From a virus (taxonomy: Duplodnaviria > Caudoviricetes): a stretch of 63,440 nucleotides of DNA. The notes under the pieces were generated by a model. The model had not been told where the DNA came from and ran no database searches. It was given only the letters and a program-made list of their open reading frames with translations. Below, one piece after another: positions 41,853 to 49,964 of this stretch. The stretch spans positions 1 through 63,440 of the IMG/VR virus record IMGVR_UViG_3300025133_007312. One strand, written 5' to 3'. Made by a program: the position numbers and the translations under genes. Each line of letters opens with the position of its first letter. Within the stretch, counting starts at the first letter, position 1.

Positions 41853-43175
41853 TTATAAAACCTTCGCAGAAATTGTAGCAACCTTTGATCTTTCACCTTT
41901 CAAAAATGTAACATGCCCAGAAATATCAAACTCTTTAAGTTTTTCAATAACATACGCTAATCCGTTTGAATTTTCGTTTAGGTTTACATTATCGATCTGT
42001 TCTATATCTCCAGTTAAAATTATTTTGCTACCTTCTCCGACTCTAGTTAAAATAGTTTTAACTTCATGACGTGTTAGATTTTGACATTCATCAATAATAA
42101 TATAGGCATTTTGAATACTTCGACCTCGAATATAGGTTAGTGCCTCTACCTCAATAACCCCTTTTTCCATATAAGACTCCAGCATTAAATCATCGTTTCC
42201 AAATAAAAATCTTAAATTATCTTGAATGGGCGCTAACCAAACTCCCATTTTTTCTTCCATCGTTCCTGGCAAATATCCAATATCTTTGCCCATTGGCATG
42301 ATAGGGCGTGACACTATGAGTCGATTATAAGTTGGTTTCTCACCAATCACCTGCTCTAACCCAGCAGCAACAGCACACAAGGTCTTTCCACTACCTGCTT
42401 TCCCTATGAGGGAAACCACAGGAATATTGCTATTATACAATAAATCCATCGCGAAATTTTGTTCTTTATTTTTAGGGGCGATGCCCCATGATGATCCCGC
42501 CCGGTGTTCTTTGACTTTATGGAGGGGTTCGTGTTCATTAGTAAATTGCGTTAATACTGTTTTCTTCTCATTTGCCGAAGAAACCATCATTACAAATTGA
42601 TTTGGAGAAAACTGAGTTATATCGGAGATATTTTCCATATATATGTTTTCGCCTTCGTAAACTCGATCAATAATTTGATCATCTACTAAGATATCGATAA
42701 ATCCCGTATATAACTCTCCTCCATGCTCTATAATATTTTCAGGAAAGTAATCTTCTGCTATAATCCCAATCGCATCACACTTTATTCGTAAATTGATATC
42801 ATTACTAACTAAAATTACTTTTTTAGTGGGATTTTCAGTTTTTAAAGTAAGTGCAGTAGCAATAATTTGGTGATCGGCAATTGATGGGTCATAACCTACA
42901 GGGAGTTCGTCCAAGTTAGGTGAAACAGAAAAAGCAACACCCTTACCTTTGTCAATTCGGACCCCCTTATGAAGTAAACCCTTCTCTCGAAGACCATCTA
43001 AAATACGAATAATTCGTCGTGCATTTACCCCCACACCATTTGGTCTTTTTTTATGCTTATCTATTTCCTCAAGTACAATTAAAGGTATTGCAATATCATT
43101 ATTTCCATAAGAATAGAAAACTTTAAAGTCAGTTAAATATACACTAGTATCAAGTACATATATTTTTTTCCCCAT
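41853..43175 (-). CDS. phoH: PIN-domain PhoH-family ATPase (PhoH2/YlaK-like)
   Basis: N-terminal PIN VLDTSV; GKAGSGKT; YIRGRS; IIDECQN; GDIEQID. Confidence 0.92.
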   Translation of the reverse strand: MGKKIYVLDTSVYLTDFKVFYSYGNNDIAIPLIVLEEIDKHKKRPNGVGVNARRIIRILDGLREKGLLHKGVRIDKGKGVAFSVSPNLDELPVGYDPSIADHQIIATALTLKTENPTKKVILVSNDINLRIKCDAIGIIAEDYFPENIIEHGGELYTGFIDILVDDQIIDRVYEGENIYMENISDITQFSPNQFVMMVSSANEKKTVLTQFTNEHEPLHKVKEHRAGSSWGIAPKNKEQNFAMDLLYNSNIPVVSLIGKAGSGKTLCAVAAGLEQVIGEKPTYNRLIVSRPIMPMGKDIGYLPGTMEEKMGVWLAPIQDNLRFLFGNDDLMLESYMEKGVIEVEALTYIRGRSIQNAYIIIDECQNLTRHEVKTILTRVGEGSKIILTGDIEQIDNVNLNENSNGLAYVIEKLKEFDISGHVTFLKGERSKVATISAKVL

Positions 43176-43265
43176 ATAACCCTCTTAATCCAACCTTTCC
43201 TATTACTAAATAGCACGGACTTTTAATATTTTACATCGTAGTTAGATATAGGAAATATCCCCCCT

Positions 43266-44126
43266 ATGTTAAAAGATGCGGTTGCAAGAATAATATTAAT
43301 GATAGTGATAATAGTAGTGTTTACTGCTTGTTCCTCGTGTGTCACCAATTCTTATTTATTTGGCGAAGGTAATCTTTTCAGGTCTAAACGACGCTCATTT
43401 ATAAAAATAAATACGCACAAGAATTTATTGATAGTAAAAACATCTTCCATAAATCGCGGGCATGTGGAAGAAGATTATATGATAAATTTTTCATCAGTCG
43501 CATCGGGGGTTATTCTTAATCATTATCGTGAAATAAGTTTAGTGGCGACATCAGCGCACGTATGCACAATGAAATATGGCAACCAACTAAATTATTTCAT
43601 CCCTGATTATTCTCCCAACAATAAAAATTGGCACGTCTTAGAAAAAAATGTTTTTAGGTTATCAGACATAAATGGCAAAAGATATACGGCGGCAATATTA
43701 AAAATAGATCTATCATCAGATTTATGTATTCTCCTAACTAAATCTATACCACATCCACACATTCAAATTTCAACTATGGACCCCCTTATAGGCGAAAAAT
43801 ATTATAATATTGCAGCGCCCCATGGAATATGGGAAAAGAAACTTGTGCCTATGTTTGAGGGGCGATTTATAGGTAAGACAAAATCAAAATTTACCGGAAG
43901 CGATTCTTATATGTTTAGTATCCCCGCAGCAGGAGGTTCTTCAGGGAGTCCCATAATAAATTGGTATGGAGACTTAGTGGGGTTACTCCACTCTGCCTAT
44001 AGCGATTTTCACCACATATCACTTACAGCGACTAATCAACAATTGCAAGTTTTATTATCCGGGTCATTAATGAAGTTGAGAAAGCAGTATGATGCATACA
44101 AAATTATTTTATCCATTAATAATTAG
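43266..44126 (+). CDS. trypsin-like serine protease, membrane-anchored or lipoprotein
   Basis: Catalytic triad motifs TSAHVC, DLCIL, GGSSGSP; N-terminal hydrophobic helix followed by Cys. Confidence 0.8.
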   Translation: MLKDAVARIILMIVIIVVFTACSSCVTNSYLFGEGNLFRSKRRSFIKINTHKNLLIVKTSSINRGHVEEDYMINFSSVASGVILNHYREISLVATSAHVCTMKYGNQLNYFIPDYSPNNKNWHVLEKNVFRLSDINGKRYTAAILKIDLSSDLCILLTKSIPHPHIQISTMDPLIGEKYYNIAAPHGIWEKKLVPMFEGRFIGKTKSKFTGSDSYMFSIPAAGGSSGSPIINWYGDLVGLLHSAYSDFHHISLTATNQQLQVLLSGSLMKLRKQYDAYKIILSINN

Positions 44127-44131
44127 CACTA

Positions 44132-44722
44132 ATGAGTCGTAAATTATTTTTCAAGTTTAAATATCTAAAACTAGAACTAGATGAGACAAAAGAAGCAACA
44201 GATGAATATAACACCCAGTTCATGAACGACTTTCAAGAAGAAATTGAGTTTCTAAACTCAATTAACACCCCAAATATCCCAAAAAATGAACCTAATTTAA
44301 CAAAAGAGGGCACTATATCATCCTCTAAAGATACCTCCGCTTATCCTCAAGAATTCAAAGAATTTTACAAAGAACTTATTAAAAGTTTCCACCCAGATTT
44401 AAAACCAGACTCAGAAAAGGAAAAATACGAAGAACTGATAAAAGGGGTAACTAGGGCGTATGAAGAACAAGAGTGGATCGAATTAATCAATATTGCAGAA
44501 CTGCACAATTTGCCCATCCCAAATTTTCCAGAGTCGTATCAGGACGAATTTGAAAAAAATTTAACCAAAATAGAAAATAATATATTTGAGATGAAAAATA
44601 AACTTTGTTGGGTATGGATGTCCAAACTAAAACCAAATAACCGTTCAAAAGAAGATGTTTATCGATTAATGAACATTGATATTGAGAAATTTAATGAATG
44701 GAAAAAAAATAAAAATCAGTAA
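44132..44722 (+). CDS. J-domain-like protein
   Basis: FYKELIKSFHPD...VTRAYE (HPD motif) flanked by coiled coils. Confidence 0.65.
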   Translation: MSRKLFFKFKYLKLELDETKEATDEYNTQFMNDFQEEIEFLNSINTPNIPKNEPNLTKEGTISSSKDTSAYPQEFKEFYKELIKSFHPDLKPDSEKEKYEELIKGVTRAYEEQEWIELINIAELHNLPIPNFPESYQDEFEKNLTKIENNIFEMKNKLCWVWMSKLKPNNRSKEDVYRLMNIDIEKFNEWKKNKNQ

Positions 44723-44925
44723 ACTACATGAATATCAATATCATGACTTGAGGTGCCCTCTAGGTCTATCTGTTTGGAGCGACCATTAAGGTCTTTAACA
44801 ATTATGACACCTTCATCATTATGAGGATCAATTAAGAAACTAGTTATGGTGGATGGTCCTTCACACGAGGTTTCTTTACTCTCGCGATCTGTATATAATA
44901 AAAATATTTTATCACCAATATTCAT
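44716..44925 (-). CDS. small hypothetical protein
   Basis: 69-aa ORF with an upstream CTACTTA motif. Confidence 0.5.
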   Translation of the reverse strand: MNIGDKIFLLYTDRESKETSCEGPSTITSFLIDPHNDEGVIIVKDLNGRSKQIDLEGTSSHDIDIHVVY

Positions 44926-44977
44926 AATGCTACTCTATCATAAGTAGACCCGAAAGGCAAGGAGGGAATAAAAATAA

Positions 44978-45226
44978 TGGAGGTGGCGGGAATCGAACCC
45001 GCGTCCTCAATGTTTTAATAGTTTGTGATACACAAGGTTAAAAGATTGGTATAATAAAACACGGTTTTGGGTAACAAGGAAACCGTAAACCCCGCTTTGA
45101 TTGCTTACGCCGCCAAAGTTAGTGCAACATTATCGTTAGCAGTTATTTGTTTTAAGCCTTTTAGTGTTTGCTTATACACCCTTGCACAAATCTACCTCGA
45201 CACCCAGTCGAATCCAGTTCACCCCC
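44978..45226 (-). ncRNA. ssrA: tmRNA, reduced (249 nt), tag peptide ANDNVALTLAA
   Basis: 5' GGGGGTGAACTGGATTCGAC; 3' GCGGGTTCGATTCCCGCCACCTCCA; acceptor stem with G3-U wobble; tag ORF 45140-45105 following ATAACT; CCA not encoded. Confidence 0.93.
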
Positions 45227-45239
45227 GTAGTGTATAAGT

Positions 45240-45268
45240 ATTGTAGCAGTTATTTTTTGGAATGTAAA
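45240..45268 (-). promoter_or_regulatory. sigma70-type promoter of the tmRNA
   Basis: TTTACA-17 nt-TACAAT with TGn, 13 nt upstream of the mature 5' end. Confidence 0.7.
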
Positions 45269-45277
45269 GAAATTAAT

Positions 45278-45613
45278 TTAAGGACGAAGTCCTGATTCTA
45301 CCGCTGCACTGACTAAATCTTTAATGCCCAATTCACGAAGGTCATTATCATCATAATTAGACAGCATTTGCTGTATTCCTGCACCCAAAGCGGGCATCAT
45401 TCGAGGGTATCCTCTGGCAATTTCCATGGCGCGTTTTATATAACCTTCAAATTTTTCAGTATCTCTGTTCTTCGCTGCCCGTTGCATGTCTTGGATGAGA
45501 AATTTCGTTTTATCGCTTTCACGCGATACACCTGAAGTATCATATGGACCTTCAATTAATTTTTCTACTTCTTCCTTGATAATTTTCTGAAGTTTTTCTT
45601 TTGTTAGTTTCAT
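45278..45613 (-). CDS. hypothetical, possible head-internal protein
   Basis: N-terminal MKLTKEKLQKIIKEEV; AGGAG SD; upstream ACTATTTA. Confidence 0.65.
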   Translation of the reverse strand: MKLTKEKLQKIIKEEVEKLIEGPYDTSGVSRESDKTKFLIQDMQRAAKNRDTEKFEGYIKRAMEIARGYPRMMPALGAGIQQMLSNYDDNDLRELGIKDLVSAAVESGLRP

Positions 45614-45684
45614 ATAGATCTCCTATTGGGTATAATAAATAGTTACTTATAAACCGAGAAGAACACCTGCCCAACAATTATATA

Positions 45685-45793
45685 CAGCAAGATTGTTATT
45701 TATTTCCAATAACAACGGTAGGTCTAATAAAAAAAAATCATTAATGTGACCACACAATGATCAAGTAGGTTATAATTAAAATTTATCTTGCTG
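45685..45793 (-). ncRNA. candidate structured small RNA (about 109 nt)
   Basis: Begins 6 nt after a TATAAT; ends complementary (CAGCAAGAT/ATCTTGCTG); internal hairpins ATCATT..AATGAT and TTGTTATT..AATAACAA. Confidence 0.5.
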
Positions 45794-45799
45794 ATTGAG

Positions 45800-45829
45800 A
45801 TTATAACAATTAAGTGATGGCGTCGTCAA
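45800..45829 (-). promoter_or_regulatory. sigma70-type promoter
   Basis: TTGACG-18 nt-TATAAT with TGn. Confidence 0.65.
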
Positions 45830-46199
45830 TCTTTTTTTCATAATATTGCTCAGTTTTATATTTCTTAACCAACTCTATGAGAGTTTTTTCTTGAATGCCT
45901 AAGAATCGTGCTGCTTCGCGTTTTGACTGGGTGGCAGAAAGTGCGTATTTTAAGACGGCATCGGAAATGATATATTTAAGTGATTGCCACACGGGAAAAC
46001 CATAAAATTTTCCCTTTAATAAATCGCGAGTGGCGATTTCTAATTTTAAAGAAACTACTTCCTCCAAAGAAAGATTAGATAAATAAACCTCTAATTCTTC
46101 GTTAGATTTCCCTTGTTCTCTTAATTTTTTGGATAATGAATAACTTTTATTTTTACCGCTATTCGTCTTCTTGGTCATTTGATATACCGAGTATACCAT
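45810..46199 (-). CDS. Fis-like helix-turn-helix DNA-binding protein
   Basis: C-terminal ALS...SKREAARFLGI.EKTL..LVKKY. Confidence 0.65.
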   Translation of the reverse strand: MVYSVYQMTKKTNSGKNKSYSLSKKLREQGKSNEELEVYLSNLSLEEVVSLKLEIATRDLLKGKFYGFPVWQSLKYIISDAVLKYALSATQSKREAARFLGIQEKTLIELVKKYKTEQYYEKKIDDAIT

Positions 46200-46434
46200 A
46201 TCCCGCTATATCTTTAAACGGTGATTCTCCAAATGCTTCTTTCTGACTTGCAATTCTAAATAACTTATCAACAATACGTGTTATTGCTAACATATCTTTA
46301 TATTGAGTGGGTTCTACGCCATTGGGATATAAAACTTTTAAAATTTGCTCGGATTTCTCAAATGAACTACCATATGCCTTATTCTTTAAGTCAACAAGTT
46401 TACCAACTTCAGTACCAATCTTTTCAAATTTCAT
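46159..46434 (-). CDS. DUF1599 / nucleotide-modification-associated domain-like protein
   Basis: KNKAYGSSF...DKLFRI...DIAGYGIL; ATG at 46434 with GAGG SD. Confidence 0.65.
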   Translation of the reverse strand: MKFEKIGTEVGKLVDLKNKAYGSSFEKSEQILKVLYPNGVEPTQYKDMLAITRIVDKLFRIASQKEAFGESPFKDIAGYGILGISNDQEDE

Positions 46435-46444
46435 TAACACCTCT

Positions 46445-47323
46445 TTATAGGTCAAAGTCAAATTCTTCTTCGCCAGTTCCCGTTCCAAGATCTTCTTCGC
46501 CGCCAGTCTCAAGGGACTGATCTTCTTTTTCTTTTTCATACGCATCCGTAGTGGGTTCAGTGATTTGGGTACTCAACTCTGCCTCATATTTATCAAAATA
46601 CATTTTTATATTGGTGATTAAATAATCACGAAATGTTTTTCGATCTGTATCATCGCTTAAAATTGCATAAGAGTCAATAATATTCTTTTCAATATTGTCA
46701 TAGGTTTTCGCTGCCATGTTCCGCCCGGTTTCTTCTTGACCCTCAATTCCAAATTTAGATTCTTCTTCTTCGGGGATTTCACCATCGTCATCGATGTCTA
46801 TAAACATGTCATCGGGATCTATTTCTGTTGGTGCATCTTCTTCGTCTTCAACTTTTACCTCAACTTCTTCAAGGGGGACCTCAAGTTCACTTTCGGTGCC
46901 TGCATGGAGATTAACATCTTCTGCTGCTAATAATTTTGATACTGCATCTAAAAGATTTGCTCTAAAAGAGTCCCTTTGTTCCGTGGAGGTTGTGAGGGTT
47001 TTAAAATCAACTTCGACACCAGGCAAAATTTGCTTAAGTAATTCTTCAAGTAGATTAATGGCAGTTGACGAATGTGGGGCATTTTCAACTTCTTTTTTTG
47101 CCTCAATAATTAATTTTCTCACAATATCACGTAACTCTAAACTCTCGTTAACTGGTTTTGTTTTGTGGATTACATTACGACACAGTTCACGAATAATTGT
47201 ACGCAATTCGCGCTCATCAGATTGTCCTTCGACATCGCCTTTTGAATGAGGAGTTCCGGCACCTGACATAGACGAAATTTCATTTTGAATCATATCCATT
47301 AAAAAATTTTTAGAATTATTCAT
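46445..47323 (-). CDS. acidic hypothetical protein, possibly prohead core/scaffold-like
   Basis: 292 aa, highly acidic; ELRTIIRE and ELRDIVRK motifs. Confidence 0.6.
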   Translation of the reverse strand: MNNSKNFLMDMIQNEISSMSGAGTPHSKGDVEGQSDERELRTIIRELCRNVIHKTKPVNESLELRDIVRKLIIEAKKEVENAPHSSTAINLLEELLKQILPGVEVDFKTLTTSTEQRDSFRANLLDAVSKLLAAEDVNLHAGTESELEVPLEEVEVKVEDEEDAPTEIDPDDMFIDIDDDGEIPEEEESKFGIEGQEETGRNMAAKTYDNIEKNIIDSYAILSDDTDRKTFRDYLITNIKMYFDKYEAELSTQITEPTTDAYEKEKEDQSLETGGEEDLGTGTGEEEFDFDL

Positions 47324-47570
47324 TTTTATTTTCCTGCAAAAAATTAACTTCTTCTTCTAATTTTTTGATCTGTTCATCCATACGTCGAGTCACCCGCCGC
47401 AATTCATTTACTTGGTGTTTCATTAATTCCACCCGCCTTTGATCAGTTCTTGTGTTGGGGCGCAAAGAAGACAAATTTTCTTGAAGGGATTGTATCCAAA
47501 CTTGAAAAGGAGGAGCAACCCCCTCATTAAGAATGAAATTTTTTGTTATTTCGTTTAATGAATTTTTCAT
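47316..47570 (-). CDS. hypothetical coiled-coil protein
   Basis: 84-aa ORF in the operon. Confidence 0.55.
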   Translation of the reverse strand: MKNSLNEITKNFILNEGVAPPFQVWIQSLQENLSSLRPNTRTDQRRVELMKHQVNELRRVTRRMDEQIKKLEEEVNFLQENKNE

Positions 47571-47590
47571 ATTAAATTACAAAAACTATA

Positions 47591-47779
47591 TTATTCTTTA
47601 TTGACTCTAGGTATGGATTTAGAACGTGTTTTTATTTGTTTTCTAGTTTTAATTTCGGGTATACTTTTGGGTATACTAACTTGGACCACCTCTAAAGACT
47701 CGGGCACACTTATCCTATTTGGACGGGATTCTAAACCTGGTAAGAGTCCGAGTTTTCTCAATTTTCTTTTTAATGCCAC
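47591..47779 (-). CDS. small basic hypothetical protein
   Basis: 62 aa; GTG start with GGAG SD. Confidence 0.5.
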   Translation of the reverse strand: MALKRKLRKLGLLPGLESRPNRISVPESLEVVQVSIPKSIPEIKTRKQIKTRSKSIPRVNKE

Positions 47780-47791
47780 CTTATTGTACTC

Positions 47792-48694
47792 CTATTTACA
47801 CCACTTTTCAACAAGTTTAGTATATGTTTGTTGTCTTGCGTTTCGACGAATACTACGACCTTTCGGAAGAAATGATTCTACAATTTCTTCTTCTGACCCT
47901 TCGATATTATCTTCTTCAAGTGGTTCATGCCTCTTGTCAAATCTCATTCTTTTTTCTATATCTCTAACCTCGTCGCCATCTTCGGCACGATTTCGACGAT
48001 AATTCGCTTTTTCGCGATCACCAGAATCTTCTGCCACCGCAATTTCCGCATCACCGGCACCCAAGGCAACTGCTTGGGTATCTCCAGCGGCGTCATCCAT
48101 CATCCGATCAAGATCGCCCTCTTCATTTAAATCTTCATCAAACATTTCTTGAATAACTCCACGAATGATGTTTCTTAACCTTGACTCATTTAATTTGTCT
48201 TTTGACATTTTATTATCTCCTAAATTTTCGTTATATCCCATTTGTATTGTCGCAAACGGGGCACCTTTAAATAATGGCACAACACCATCTTTCTTTATTC
48301 CATCTTCCCAGTCTCTAAAGATCATATTACCGCACTCATATGCCTCGCGTTCCATTTCACGAAGATGTTCATCCGTTTGAGCGTATCCTTCATTGGTATT
48401 TGCACTATTTGTTAAATCACCACGACAATTTTGAGAGTGATGAACTAATTCGTGCGAAAAAGACCTCATTAAATCCTTGGGATGTCTCCCCATAAAATAA
48501 AGACTAATTTCTTTAGTCTCTGGGTTATATGATGCGGTTTTTCCCAAGGGGTTTAATGAATTACTAGTATTGTTCACTAGATTAAGGTTTATATCCTCAT
48601 TAAATCTAAGTTCTTTTTTTGAAGTATTATAAAGATTATTAACCAACTCTAAAAATAACTTAAAATCTCCTTTGTCGGATGTTGGACCATTCAT
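47792..48694 (-). CDS. zincin metallopeptidase-domain protein with acidic C-terminus
   Basis: FSHELVHHSQ...EMEREAY; LNESRLRNIIR motif. Confidence 0.65.
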   Translation of the reverse strand: MNGPTSDKGDFKLFLELVNNLYNTSKKELRFNEDINLNLVNNTSNSLNPLGKTASYNPETKEISLYFMGRHPKDLMRSFSHELVHHSQNCRGDLTNSANTNEGYAQTDEHLREMEREAYECGNMIFRDWEDGIKKDGVVPLFKGAPFATIQMGYNENLGDNKMSKDKLNESRLRNIIRGVIQEMFDEDLNEEGDLDRMMDDAAGDTQAVALGAGDAEIAVAEDSGDREKANYRRNRAEDGDEVRDIEKRMRFDKRHEPLEEDNIEGSEEEIVESFLPKGRSIRRNARQQTYTKLVEKWCK

Positions 48695-48727
48695 TACTCA
48701 TAAATAGTCATTTAGAATATTAAAAGG

Positions 48728-48925
48728 TTATAACTTAATGATAATCATATGTTCATCTGTGATTTCTTGAGAGTTCGGATTATTGTAGGAAGAACTATGC
48801 GACGGTCGATAAATTGGCAATTCAATTCGGGGACGATTTTCGTCTTCTTTTCTTTGCCTTCGTTCTTCTTCTTCGATAATAATTTCGATTGGAATATCTT
48901 CCCAAGGTTTTTTATCGTTCCCCAT
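48728..48925 (-). CDS. small hypothetical protein
   Basis: 65 aa with GGAG SD. Confidence 0.5.
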   Translation of the reverse strand: MGNDKKPWEDIPIEIIIEEEERRQRKEDENRPRIELPIYRPSHSSSYNNPNSQEITDEHMIIIKL

Positions 48926-48947
48926 ATTCTAACTACTCCGGTCTTCA

Positions 48948-49208
48948 CTAATGTGACTCCAATTTCAATGATCCCAAATTCATTTCTTTAATTTCCCCAA
49001 GAGAAGAACGAATAATCGCTGTAAAAAATACCCTATTATTAAAAAAAGTCTTTTCTTTTACCCTTACAATTATTCCATAAATTTTTTCTTGTTGACCTAA
49101 TGGAATCCATGAAACTAAGTCACCATCTTTAAATTGTGATGTTAATCTAAATCCAATTCCGGTTTTATCATTTTGCTGCCCACTCAATATATGTATAAAT
49201 ACATTCAT
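48948..49208 (-). CDS. small hypothetical protein (SH3/KOW-like pattern)
   Basis: FKDGDLVSW...YGIIV pattern; start uncertain. Confidence 0.45.
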   Translation of the reverse strand: MNVFIHILSGQQNDKTGIGFRLTSQFKDGDLVSWIPLGQQEKIYGIIVRVKEKTFFNNRVFFTAIIRSSLGEIKEMNLGSLKLESH

Positions 49209-49635
49209 TCGCCATTTGTTGATAGTTCTTGTTATCTACAAATATGCCTATTCGGTCTGCAAGACTCACGCCACGCTTCCAAGCATCTATTTCCTCAATG
49301 AGTGTTTCAACCCTATATCCCTTTGTTCGCTCAATGCCACGGTGGGTTAAAAATTGATTCATTTTTGCCTGTGTTGGGTACGTTTGTTCATATTTGTGAC
49401 TATTTTGTTGAATTAATAAGTGACCGCATTCATGTAACAGAGAATATAATCGCTTTTCTGAACCGCTGCGTTTAGAAATTGTTATGTACTTTCCATTAAA
49501 AAAGATTTCATCACGCACACAATAATCGCAGTCTACCGACCATCCCTTATTTTCCAACCATTCCTCTAATCGAGAAAACCCCTCAATAAACATTTTTTGC
49601 TTAATTTTTTGCATTTTTGTTGATTTCTTGCCCAC
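49168..49635 (-). CDS. zincin metallopeptidase-like protein (ImmA/IrrE-like)
   Basis: LLHECGH...EEIDAW; GTG at 49635 with GGAGG SD. Confidence 0.65.
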   Translation of the reverse strand: MGKKSTKMQKIKQKMFIEGFSRLEEWLENKGWSVDCDYCVRDEIFFNGKYITISKRSGSEKRLYSLLHECGHLLIQQNSHKYEQTYPTQAKMNQFLTHRGIERTKGYRVETLIEEIDAWKRGVSLADRIGIFVDNKNYQQMANECIYTYIEWAAK

Positions 49636-49659
49636 CTTGCACCTCCAAATGGTAAGAAT

Positions 49660-49688
49660 AGTGTACCACAAAGTAGATTTTTTGTCAA
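49660..49688 (-). promoter_or_regulatory. sigma70-type promoter
   Basis: TTGACA-17 nt-TACACT with TGn. Confidence 0.75.
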
Positions 49689-49701
49689 GTGGTTGATTTT
49701 A

Positions 49702-49962
49702 TTAAGAAGATAAGTCCTGCAATTCAATAATTAATCTTTCAAAGTCTGCAACTTTCCATCCCTTGAAGTATATTACGGATAAATAAGGATCAGGGGCGAC
49801 TAAAGCAATTAATCCGCAGTCCTGGGTTGGATCACTATAATAATTAATTATTTGTTGACTTTTTTCTCGTATATGGGAAATTAAAGGTCTTGTTCCGGTA
49901 TTAGAAAGAAATTCTTTATGCCGCTCTATACTCTCAATTAATGGATTGATAAAAATGTCCAT
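49702..49962 (-). CDS. hypothetical protein
   Basis: 86-aa ORF in the operon. Confidence 0.5.
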   Translation of the reverse strand: MDIFINPLIESIERHKEFLSNTGTRPLISHIREKSQQIINYYSDPTQDCGLIALVAPDPYLSVIYFKGWKVADFERLIIELQDLSS

Positions 49963-49964
49963 TT

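Noticed and set aside
44978-45005. Stand-alone tRNA at the T-arm-like sequence
   Set aside because: No anticodon arm; it pairs with a 5' end 249 nt away and encloses a tag ORF, so it is the tmRNA 3' end
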